Positions 1 through 8,667 of a DNA stretch of 64,000 bases are shown piece by piece. Source of the stretch: an uncultured Spirochaetota bacterium (GTDB lineage: Bacteria; Spirochaetota; UBA4802; UBA5550). Position numbers and translations under genes: made by a program. The DNA is taken from the NCBI GenBank assembly GCA_942493035.1, contig OW818666.1, positions 3,936,813 through 4,000,812 on the forward strand, written 5' to 3'. The notes under the pieces are model-generated. The model had not been told where the DNA came from, made no database searches, and saw nothing but the letters and a program-made list of their open reading frames with translations. Each line of letters starts with the position of its first letter. Position 1 is the first letter of the stretch.

Positions 1-1632
1 TTTAATAGCACGTAGTATATTCATCTGTTCTTTGCCGAGATGTTCCTCCATCCACGGTGCAATCATTTTACCGACACCATGATGATGACTCAGCGAGCCG
101 CCGCTTTTACATATAGCATCTATTACCCCTTCCTGAAACTTCACATAATCTTTTACACCGCTATCTTTCATAATAAATATAAAATAAAGATTTGTCCCCT
201 GGGAATAAAAATGTGAACTGTGGGTCATGCAGATTGTCTCTGGACGGGCTTTTATGAATTTTCTCACTTCACTGTGTACTTTATGAAGATTATCCCAGCA
301 CACACCGGTTTCCAGTGTATCTATAAGAATTCCATAATCGTGAAGATCCTCTCTTAAATAGGGATCTTTGTATCTTCCCGGTTCCCACATCTTTGTGGGG
401 AATCCTGTGATATACATACCGCCATGCTTTCTGCAGATTTTTTTTACCTGTTTTTTTACATTTTTTGTAAAATGTTTTTCCCCTTCGCTTGAACCGAGGA
501 AGAGACATCGCTGCATTGGTTTGAATCCGCGCAGCTGCATTGCTTTATCAAGAATTGTGCCATCAATGCCGTACAGCTTAAGACCTATGTGAGTCTCCTC
601 TTCATCAGAGATACGGAATACTGCTGGCATTCCAAATTCAGCCTGAGATATCTCTCTGCCTGCATTTATAGCATCCTGAAATGTGGGGAATATAAAGCCG
701 AATCTTTCTCTATTCTCCGGCATGTATTTAAATACTTTAAGTGTCAGTTCAACGAGAACACCGAATGTTCCTTCGTTTCCCTTCATTATATCATTAACTT
801 TCGGTCCGGTTGCAGTTCCGGGATAATCGAGAGTTGTAAAGGTTCCCGCCGGAGTAATATATTTCTGGCTCAGAACAATATCGTATGCATCTCCATAGTA
901 TGATGATCCCTGTCCTGAACCGAGGGTTACAATCCATCCGCCGGCTGATGAGTACTCAAAAGACTGAGGGAAATGTCCGCATGTAAATTTTGTTTTAGCG
1001 TTCAATATTTCAGGAGCATTGTTTAGCGCTTTTTCAAGATCGGGACCCATTATTCCCGCCTGGACTTTAACTGTATGGTTGAGTTCGTTCAGTTCAAGAA
1101 CCTTGTTCATGTGAGTATTCATTACAAGTGTAACTCCGCCTTTCGATGCCTTAAGACCGAAATTGACAGAAGAACCTCCGCCGTAAACATAAACAGGAAT
1201 TTTCTGGGTGTTACAGTATTTTATAACTTCAGAGATAACAGCTTCTGATATGGGATGTATAACTATATCTGAAACAGTACTGATTTTCCCGTTGCGGAGA
1301 TTGATTGCTTCTTCAACAGTTTTACCGGTTGAATATTTCAGTCTGTTATACTCATCAATCTGAGTATTTTCTTTCCCTGCAATTTTTTCGAGTTTAGCAA
1401 CCTGTTCCTTCTTAAGTTTAACCGGTTTTTTGAATGATACAATTTCATCTCCATTGCTTTTTTCAGATGCAAAATGTGAATCATCAAGATGAAACTGGTT
1501 TTTTATCTCTTCAAAAAGCTTATGATTCGGATGCTTAAATCCTTCAGGTGCACCCCATTTGAATATTGATCTGTAGCTTTTTTCCACCGGAGCGGATTCT
1601 CTCCATGCCGGTTCAATTATTTTCTTTGTCAT
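1..1632 (-). CDS. FAD-binding oxidoreductase, FAD-linked oxidase family (alkyldihydroxyacetonephosphate synthase / GlcD-like); N-terminus complete, C-terminus beyond window edge
   Basis: ATG at 1632-1630 preceded by AGGAGAA; frame open to position 1 (absent from ORF track because no stop lies inside the window). Hand translation MTKKIIEPAWRESAPVEKSYRSIFKWGAPEGF... contains PCMH-type FAD-binding segments (VYVYGGGSSVNFG, GNEGTFGVLVELTLKV) and C-terminal HHHGVG. Long N-terminal extension before the FAD domain. Confidence 0.65.
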   Translation of the reverse strand, partial: MTKKIIEPAWRESAPVEKSYRSIFKWGAPEGFKHPNHKLFEEIKNQFHLDDSHFASEKSNGDEIVSFKKPVKLKKEQVAKLEKIAGKENTQIDEYNRLKYSTGKTVEEAINLRNGKISTVSDIVIHPISEAVISEVIKYCNTQKIPVYVYGGGSSVNFGLKASKGGVTLVMNTHMNKVLELNELNHTVKVQAGIMGPDLEKALNNAPEILNAKTKFTCGHFPQSFEYSSAGGWIVTLGSGQGSSYYGDAYDIVLSQKYITPAGTFTTLDYPGTATGPKVNDIMKGNEGTFGVLVELTLKVFKYMPENRERFGFIFPTFQDAINAGREISQAEFGMPAVFRISDEEETHIGLKLYGIDGTILDKAMQLRGFKPMQRCLFLGSSEGEKHFTKNVKKQVKKICRKHGGMYITGFPTKMWEPGRYKDPYLREDLHDYGILIDTLETGVCWDNLHKVHSEVRKFIKARPETICMTHSSHFYSQGTNLYFIFIMKDSGVKDYVKFQEGVIDAICKSGGSLSHHHGVGKMIAPWMEEHLGKEQMNILRAIK

Positions 1633-1648
1633 GATAAGTTCTCCTGAT

Positions 1649-3277
1649 TTATGGTTTTGTAAAAAGTTTTTCCGATTCAAGTATCTCTCTGCTTTTTCTA
1701 TCCTGATCCCAGCCTAAAATTGTTCCTGCTGTATCAGCTATCTTCATAAGTGTATCTTTTCCGGGATGGCCAAGTGTGCCTAAACCGGTTCTCCTGAATA
1801 AAATATCCGTAAGTTTTAAAGCCATTTCATTCTCTACAGCATAAATAATCTGTGCCGGGATTTCACCTTCAGTTGTGAGAGGTGTAGCTAAAGCTTTGTC
1901 TTTTTCCGCAATATCCATGAGACTATCTATCTCGGTGCCGTAAACTCTTGAAAGATAATCTACTGATTCTGAAGGGAGATTGCTATACTTTGTTTTACAG
2001 AATTCTACGAATGCATTGATATCTTCTATTTCAGAACCGTATAGAAATTCTTTATCGGTTCCGGCTTTTTTTTGCGGCAGTCCGAGTTTTCTGCACGCCA
2101 TTTTCATTACGTTTTCGGCAAGGTTCCGGCTTGTTGTATATTTTCCACCTTCAACTGTGATCAGTCCATCCAAACCGTCTAAACTGTTATCAAAGATTTC
2201 ATATTTTCTTGAAGATTCATAAACATCTGCAGTCTGATCCTCAACAAGGGGGCGCAGTCCGCCGTAACAGTAAAGAATATCATCATATGAAATTTTAACA
2301 TTTTCACCAAAGGATGCATTTACATCATCAACCAGTTCCATGACGCTCTCTTTTCTGATTTTCCAGTCATCGGGGCTTCCGATGTATTCTTTATCCGTTG
2401 TTCCTATTAACGAATAACCTCTCCATGGTATTATAAAAATATGCCGTCCCCCGGGAGTTGACGATGTAACAAGATACTTGCTGAGAATTTTTTTTGTAAT
2501 TATATGTATCCCTTCAGATCTGCGGAGAACCTCTTTATGCTCTTCAGTTCCAGTGAGAGATAAAACTCTGTCTGCCCATGGACCGGCACAGTTTATTGTA
2601 ATCTTTCCTTTTATTGATAATTCGCGGTTGCTGATTTTATCTAAAACATTTACTCCATCTATTCTGGTGTTGTTGATTCTGAATCCTTTTACTTCCATGT
2701 AATTTGCAACATCAGCACCTTTTGCTGCTGCTGACTTGATGAAAGCAAGTGTGAGACGTTCAGGACAGAGGCTTGCGCAATCATAATACACAAGTGATCC
2801 ATCCTGCTCTTTACTGTCCAGTGTCGGTTCCTGTTTAACGGTTTCTTTTCTGGAGAAGTTTTTGTGTGACGGGAGTTTTTTACTTTTGTCCCATGTAAAT
2901 TTTTTATCGAAAGATAATATGTCATAAAGAATCATACCGATTTTAAGTAGATGTTTCTGTTTTTTCATCGCAGGATTATTGAATATTATCATGTTTCCGA
3001 TGGGGTAAACAAAATTCGGCGCTATATTTTCAAGCACACGTCTCTCTTTTAAGGATTCACGTACAAGTGAGAGTTCAAAATTTGCCAGATATCGAAGACC
3101 ACCATGAATCAGTTTTGATGTTGCAGATGATGTTTTTGAACCGAAATCATCTTTTTCCACTAATGCAACAGAGAGTCCCCTTGATGCTGCATCGTATGCA
3201 ACTGCAGCTCCGGTTATACCTCCGCCGATTACGATTATATCGTATTCATTGCTGCTGTTAAATTCAGATCTTATCAT
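1649..3277 (-). CDS. FAD-dependent glycerol-3-phosphate dehydrogenase/oxidase (GlpA/GlpD/GlpO family)
   Basis: 542 aa; N-terminal dinucleotide fold DIIVIGGGITGAAVAYDAASRGLSVALVEKDDFGSKTSSATSKLIHGGLRYL; ATG start with GGAGAG SD. Confidence 0.85.
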   Translation of the reverse strand: MIRSEFNSSNEYDIIVIGGGITGAAVAYDAASRGLSVALVEKDDFGSKTSSATSKLIHGGLRYLANFELSLVRESLKERRVLENIAPNFVYPIGNMIIFNNPAMKKQKHLLKIGMILYDILSFDKKFTWDKSKKLPSHKNFSRKETVKQEPTLDSKEQDGSLVYYDCASLCPERLTLAFIKSAAAKGADVANYMEVKGFRINNTRIDGVNVLDKISNRELSIKGKITINCAGPWADRVLSLTGTEEHKEVLRRSEGIHIITKKILSKYLVTSSTPGGRHIFIIPWRGYSLIGTTDKEYIGSPDDWKIRKESVMELVDDVNASFGENVKISYDDILYCYGGLRPLVEDQTADVYESSRKYEIFDNSLDGLDGLITVEGGKYTTSRNLAENVMKMACRKLGLPQKKAGTDKEFLYGSEIEDINAFVEFCKTKYSNLPSESVDYLSRVYGTEIDSLMDIAEKDKALATPLTTEGEIPAQIIYAVENEMALKLTDILFRRTGLGTLGHPGKDTLMKIADTAGTILGWDQDRKSREILESEKLFTKP

Positions 3278-3965
3278 AATTACTCTCCAGATAAATTAAA
3301 GTTTTTTTCTCAGCATAAACTATTACATCTGACATAATTTTTTTTGCTGATTTTGCATCACCGGCTATTATAGCTTTTGAAATTTCAGTATGGAATTTTG
3401 TTGTAACTTTTATATTCTCATCGATTGTGAAGTAGAGCTGGCCGAAATCCTTGAATATATCGTTAAAAAAATTGAGAATGAATATGTAGAGTATATTATT
3501 CCCTGCTCTTGCGATCATCTGATGAATAGATATGTCCTTTTCAATCAAAGATTTTTTCGAAGTAAGTATTTGCTGGAAAGATCCGATGTCTGAATCAGTT
3601 CTGTTAAGTGCCGCTTTTTCTGCCATTTCGGGAGAAATTATTCTGCGAAGTTCCAGAATGTCTTTAAAGACATCAGCGGTTTTGTCTTTCTTCAGATATA
3701 GAATATGTTTTAAAAGTTCAAGGTTTCCTGAATCCCTATAGTCTTTTATATATATTCCATCCCCCTGACGGACAGAGAGAAGACCAAGAGATTCCAGTTT
3801 CCTCAATGCTTCACGGAGTGTGTGACGGTTTACATTCATTTTGTCAGAAACTTCCCTTTCCGGAGGGAGTTTTTCTCCAGGGATAAGAGCTCCTGATATT
3901 ATACGGTTTATAATCTGAGCAGCAACTTCATCACTTAAATTTTTTTTGTTTATTTCAGTAAACAT
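3264..3965 (-). CDS. GntR-family transcriptional regulator (FadR-like, FCD domain)
   Basis: 233 aa; N-terminal winged HTH (EKLPPEREVSDKMNVNRHTLREALRKLESLGLL) plus C-terminal ligand domain; overlaps the downstream G3P dehydrogenase gene by 14 nt. Confidence 0.8.
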   Translation of the reverse strand: MFTEINKKNLSDEVAAQIINRIISGALIPGEKLPPEREVSDKMNVNRHTLREALRKLESLGLLSVRQGDGIYIKDYRDSGNLELLKHILYLKKDKTADVFKDILELRRIISPEMAEKAALNRTDSDIGSFQQILTSKKSLIEKDISIHQMIARAGNNILYIFILNFFNDIFKDFGQLYFTIDENIKVTTKFHTEISKAIIAGDAKSAKKIMSDVIVYAEKKTLIYLESNYDKI

Positions 3966-3984
3966 TTATTACACTCTTTGGTAT

Positions 3985-3999
3985 ATTGGTTGAACCAAT
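3985..3999. promoter_or_regulatory. Perfect palindrome ATTGGTTGAACCAAT just upstream of the GntR gene; candidate GntR-type operator
   Basis: Fits the GT-N3-AC core typical of GntR/FadR operators; lies 20-35 nt upstream of the GntR start. Confidence 0.3.
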
Positions 4000-4039
4000 A
4001 ACACAAACTATTATTTTGTTATAAAAGTCAAATTATTTT

Positions 4040-4232
4040 TAGTATTTATTCCTTAATTTTTCTAAAGTGCGGTCCCAAAAACCTCGTTTAAGAAACCGCA
4101 GGGAGCCATGCGGGGCTTATAAAGGGGCTGCTGCCCCTTTGACCCTGTAAAGGTTGAGTTTATAGAATTGCCCTAAAGTAATAAAAGCGATATATCCCCG
4201 CCGCCGAAGGCGGCGGGGATATATAATTTTTT
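4040..4232 (+). repeat. Hairpin-repeat family B copy, opposite orientation, with ~125-nt GC-rich structured insert
   Basis: Reverse-complemented module AGTATTTATTCCTTAATTTTTCTAAAG (4042-4067), GC-rich segment 4068-4180 with nested stems (GGGGCTGCTGCCCC), then hairpin CCCCGCCGCC-GAAG-GGCGGCGGGG (4196-4218) and an A/T run. Confidence 0.5.
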
Positions 4233-4434
4233 TCACTAAAAATTATATTTATGAATAATTACTGAATTATTTTTATTTTTTGCTATTTTTTCCTTTTACT
4301 TTACAAATAGTTTCTTTTAACGATAAATGGCTTTATAGTAGCTTGTATGATATTTTAAATCAGTAATAATTCATATACTCTTTACTGCGGTAGATTAAAA
4401 GTTACGCTTTAGATGCAAATGGAGTTTAAAATAA

Positions 4435-6087
4435 ATGAAATTCAGTGAATTTAATCTTGATGAGAAAATATTAAAAGGTATTGAAGATGCAGGTTTTGTT
4501 AACTGTACGGAAGTGCAGGCGGAGTCTTTAAAGTATACACTTGACGGGAAAGATATCCTTGTTCAATCCCAGACAGGGACCGGGAAAACTGCCGCATTTA
4601 TGATTCCGCTTTATCACCTCCTTTTAACTAATGAAAAGATGAAAAATAAAAAAGTTCTTATTCTGGCTCCAACAAGAGAACTTGTAATACAGATAGAGAA
4701 AGAGGGGAAACTTCTTGGTGCCCATCTTGATATTAAAATTCAGAGCTTCTACGGCGGTGTCGGGTATAATCAGCAGGAAAATGCCATGAAGGAGGGAGTC
4801 GATATTTACGTAGGAACTCCCGGAAGACTAATGGATTTTGCCAGCAGCGGAAAGATCAAATTCGGAGAGTTTGGTATTCTTGTTATAGATGAAGCTGACA
4901 GAATGTTTGATATGGGATTTTTCCCGGATATAAAAAGAATGATGAAACGCATGGTTTCACCATCTGACAGAATCTCTATGCTTTTCAGTGCTACTTTAAG
5001 TTCCAAGGTAAAGAATCTTGCATGGGAATATATGAATGACCCTGTTGAAGTTACTATTTCCGGCGGACAGGTTACGGTTGAAAAAATTAAGCAGGTTCTT
5101 TATCATGTGGGAACCAATGAAAAGATAAGTCTTCTTCTTGGAATTCTTAAGACACAGAATCCTCAAAACGCGCTTGTATTCACAAATACCAAACAGGACG
5201 CAGTAAAAGTCGCCGCAAGACTTGCAGGTAACGGATACGAATGCAGCTATATTATTGGTGACCTTCCACAGAGTAAGCGGTCTAAAATTATTGAAAATAT
5301 TAAATCGGGTAAACTGAAATATCTAGTTGCAACAGATGTTGCTGCAAGAGGACTTCATATTAACGATCTCGATATTGTAATAAACTACGATATTCCCGAA
5401 GATTTTGAAAATTATGTTCACAGAATCGGGCGGACTGCAAGAGCCGGTAAAACCGGTATGGCCGTAACTTTTGCATGTGAGAAATTTGTATATGGACTTG
5501 AGGCTATAGAGTCATATATAAAAATGAAGATTCCCGTAGAGTGGGCCGGGGACGAGATGTTTGCTGAAGATATGAGTAAAGATGAATTTATCAGAAATTA
5601 TATGAGAGAATCAAAGCAGACAAGAATTGTTTCTGAACATGATGATAAAAAGACAGACAAATTCAGCAAAGATAGAAAAGGGAAAGATAGACCTGCTGCT
5701 GGAGCAAGACCTGAGAAGAAAGATTTCCGGAAAGGTCCTGATAAGAGAGAGGATAAAGATTTCAAAACCAAAAAGAATATTACTGAGACAAAACCTAAAG
5801 CTCCATCCGATAAGAAGGTTTATGATAAAAACAGTAATGATAAAAATAACCGTAAAAAAGATACTGTTACCGAAAAAGTAAATGATAGAGCATCTAAAAA
5901 TCTTACTCCTGATAAGAGAATGGATTATTATAAAGAGAAATACGGAGAGGATTTTACTGTTAAAAGAGAGATTACTGCAGATCCTTCGAAAAAAAGTAAA
6001 AAACCGCCGGTTACAGCTGCAGCAAAGACTCCAGAAAAAAGCAGTTCACTTATTAGCAGGATAAAATCTATTTTCAGAAAGAAATAA
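4435..6087 (+). CDS. DEAD-box ATP-dependent RNA helicase with lysine-rich basic C-terminal tail
   Basis: 550 aa; Q-motif/Walker A (SQTGTGKT), DEAD motif (VIDEADRM), SAT, HRIGRTAR; GGAG SD upstream of ATG. Confidence 0.9.
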   Translation: MKFSEFNLDEKILKGIEDAGFVNCTEVQAESLKYTLDGKDILVQSQTGTGKTAAFMIPLYHLLLTNEKMKNKKVLILAPTRELVIQIEKEGKLLGAHLDIKIQSFYGGVGYNQQENAMKEGVDIYVGTPGRLMDFASSGKIKFGEFGILVIDEADRMFDMGFFPDIKRMMKRMVSPSDRISMLFSATLSSKVKNLAWEYMNDPVEVTISGGQVTVEKIKQVLYHVGTNEKISLLLGILKTQNPQNALVFTNTKQDAVKVAARLAGNGYECSYIIGDLPQSKRSKIIENIKSGKLKYLVATDVAARGLHINDLDIVINYDIPEDFENYVHRIGRTARAGKTGMAVTFACEKFVYGLEAIESYIKMKIPVEWAGDEMFAEDMSKDEFIRNYMRESKQTRIVSEHDDKKTDKFSKDRKGKDRPAAGARPEKKDFRKGPDKREDKDFKTKKNITETKPKAPSDKKVYDKNSNDKNNRKKDTVTEKVNDRASKNLTPDKRMDYYKEKYGEDFTVKREITADPSKKSKKPPVTAAAKTPEKSSSLISRIKSIFRKK

Positions 6088-6183
6088 TCGTAACTGATTA
6101 AAACCTGGTGTTATTTTATCTCCGCAGCACCATGGAGAGCAAATTCACCATCAGTTTAAGCGAAGATACTTATTCATTATAAT

Positions 6184-6212
6184 AGAAAAGGGGCCCCAGG
6201 CCCCTTTTCTAT
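6184..6212. terminator. Rho-independent terminator, bidirectional
   Basis: AAAAGGGGCCCCAGGCCCCTTTTCT between convergent helicase and TPR genes. Confidence 0.65.
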
Positions 6213-6259
6213 TTTGTAAATTTATCAGATTTTATTCCATTTTATAATCCCGGTAATGT

Positions 6260-7069
6260 TTAAATTGCAACACTCCCTCTGGCTTCAATAAGATAATCTA
6301 TGGCGGAATCGGTATTGCCGGAAAATAGATGACATAAGCTGAGCGAAATAAGGTTATCTCTGGTTTTTGATGGAGTTTCTTCAAGTTTCTGAATTTTTTC
6401 TTCAATCGATCCATATTTGTCAGTGAGTATTGCAACAGGTATAGTTTTTACATAATCATTAAAGTTTTTAAATTTTTCTGAGCTGTTTTTGATCTGCTTG
6501 ATTTCATTTGCAGATTCTGCAGTTTTTCCTGAACTGAAAAGCAATTCCGATTTTATTCTCTGAATTGCATCAGAATTAGATTTAAGAGAGGATAATTTAT
6601 TTATAAACTTAAGAGAATCATCGATTCTACCCTGATTATGATAGAGAACTGCAAGAGAAGTAAGAGCTGTAGTGTTTACCGGATCTGTCATAAGGACATT
6701 AATGAAATTTGATTCAGCAGCTTTAAAATTATTTAATCTGCTGTAACATAGACCTATGAGTAAAAAATTCATGTGGAATTTGCTGTTTAGAAGTTTGGAT
6801 TTTTCCAGAACTAAAATTGCGTTTTTAAAATCTGCTTTTTTATAATACAGGCATCCTATATTGTAAAATGTAATGTAATCCTCTTTCAATGAGTTTGCTT
6901 TACAAAAAGATTTAATCGCCTGATCGAATCTTTTTAATTCGGTTAATTTTGCTGCTAATTCAATATATGCATCACGATCAGCTGGATTATGTCTTATATA
7001 ATCAACTATTTTTATCAGACTTTCATTATTGTATAACTCTGTCTGGTTATTATTTATTGTATTCAGCAT
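6260..7069 (-). CDS. Tetratricopeptide-repeat (TPR) protein
   Basis: 269 aa with several TPR-like units (YNIGCLYYKKADFKNAILVLEKS...). Confidence 0.55.
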   Translation of the reverse strand: MLNTINNNQTELYNNESLIKIVDYIRHNPADRDAYIELAAKLTELKRFDQAIKSFCKANSLKEDYITFYNIGCLYYKKADFKNAILVLEKSKLLNSKFHMNFLLIGLCYSRLNNFKAAESNFINVLMTDPVNTTALTSLAVLYHNQGRIDDSLKFINKLSSLKSNSDAIQRIKSELLFSSGKTAESANEIKQIKNSSEKFKNFNDYVKTIPVAILTDKYGSIEEKIQKLEETPSKTRDNLISLSLCHLFSGNTDSAIDYLIEARGSVAI

Positions 7070-7083
7070 TTTTCCCCGCTAAA

Positions 7084-8133
7084 CTATTCTGATTTTATAA
7101 CCCGGTTTCTTCCAAGAGCCTTTGCAGAGTATAAAGCTGTGTCTGATCTTTTAATGAGATCAATACCGCTTTTATCAATGTTATGGTTGAATTGAGCCAG
7201 ACCTATACTGATAGTTATATGAATATCTTTTTTATCATTTTTATATACTTCAGCTTCAATTTTTTTTCTTAAGCGTTCTGCTATAGTATATGCAGCATCA
7301 AGGTCTGTTTCTGTTAATATTATTGCAAATTCTTCGCCGCCGTATCTGGACGCTATGTCAAAAGCGCGAATATTCTGATGAATTATGGAGGCAGTTCCCT
7401 TTAAAATAACATCCCCCTGCTGGTGGCCATAGGTATCATTAATATCTTTGAAGTGATCCAGGTCGGCCATAATAAGGGTTAAGGGTGTACCCGTACGTTC
7501 TGATCTTTTTATTTCCTCTACAAGTCTCTCCTGAAAATAATGATGTATAAAGAGTCCTGTCATCCTGTCCAGGGTTGCCATTCTGTAAAGACGGGAATTT
7601 TCAACCGCTATTGAAGCAAATTTTGCCATTTTTTCAAGAAATAGAAAATCCTGGTCAGTATATGAATTTTCCATAATTTTCTGACTTAAAAATATAAGTC
7701 CATTAATTGAATTTTTAGATTTTAATGGAATTACTATTTCAGGCTTCAACATCTCATATGTTTCCTTTGTTGAAGGATCTGCAGACATAAGTTCTCTGGC
7801 CTTTTCAGAGTCTATTATGCCGCAATTTGAATAGAGATAATTGATTAGATTTGATTTTGATACTATTTTTAAATCAGGCTCAAGAGTATAACCCCGTGAC
7901 ATATATAAAGTAAGTTCATCATTTTCAAGATTGGAATTTAAAAAAATAGCAGCCTTATCGACAATCATCTGCCCTATGCATATATATAGAATTGATTCAA
8001 CAAGACTATCAAATTCAAGATTTGACGACAGACTTAAAGCAATTTCGAGCAGGTTTTGCAGGTCAAATACCATCTTCTCAAGATTGTCTCTATCAAGTGA
8101 ATTAATATGTTTATTATTATGAATAGTTGTCAT
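7084..8133 (-). CDS. Diguanylate cyclase, GAF-GGDEF
   Basis: 349 aa; C-terminal GGDEF domain with intact RYGGEEF motif; N-terminal GAF-like domain. Confidence 0.9.
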   Translation of the reverse strand: MTTIHNNKHINSLDRDNLEKMVFDLQNLLEIALSLSSNLEFDSLVESILYICIGQMIVDKAAIFLNSNLENDELTLYMSRGYTLEPDLKIVSKSNLINYLYSNCGIIDSEKARELMSADPSTKETYEMLKPEIVIPLKSKNSINGLIFLSQKIMENSYTDQDFLFLEKMAKFASIAVENSRLYRMATLDRMTGLFIHHYFQERLVEEIKRSERTGTPLTLIMADLDHFKDINDTYGHQQGDVILKGTASIIHQNIRAFDIASRYGGEEFAIILTETDLDAAYTIAERLRKKIEAEVYKNDKKDIHITISIGLAQFNHNIDKSGIDLIKRSDTALYSAKALGRNRVIKSE

Positions 8134-8364
8134 ATGTTTTATATTATACTCTAAAAGGTATATCGGTTTTTTAAAGTATTATTTGTATCTTTTTAATTTT
8201 TTAGTCAATTTTATCGAAAAAATATTTGATAAAGATCAGGTATTTAGTGATAAACTGGCTGTTATCCGAGCACGCCGTTGATCAGATAACAGCTGTTTTA
8301 AGCAGTTACAGGATAATATATTTTTATTAAATATTTTAATAAAAATTAACATAAAAAACAAAAA

Positions 8365-8440
8365 TTATATATCCCCGTCGCCTTCGGCGACGGGGATAAT
8401 AGAGCCTTTTTTACAATAGAAAAATTAAGGAATAAATACT
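8365..8440 (+). repeat. Hairpin-repeat family B copy
   Basis: ATATATCCCCGTCGCC-TTCG-GCGACGGGGATAATAGAG, T-run, TAGAAAAATTAAGGAATAAATAC; stem carries compensatory G>T / C>A changes. Confidence 0.55.
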
Positions 8441-8667
8441 GTATTAAAACACAAATTATATGAAATTTTTTTTTGACAATGATCGTGAATTCAGTACTAT
8501 TTATTAAAGAAAAAAGCCTTTACAATTTATTAACGCAAAAAATATTATTCATTTTTTAATATAGAAATGTAAGAGTTATACTTGGGGAAAGTATACGGTA
8601 TCATTTTTCGGGTTTTTATTAAAAAGCCTTATAAATAGTTGCTAATATGTTTAAAGGAGAAAGATCG

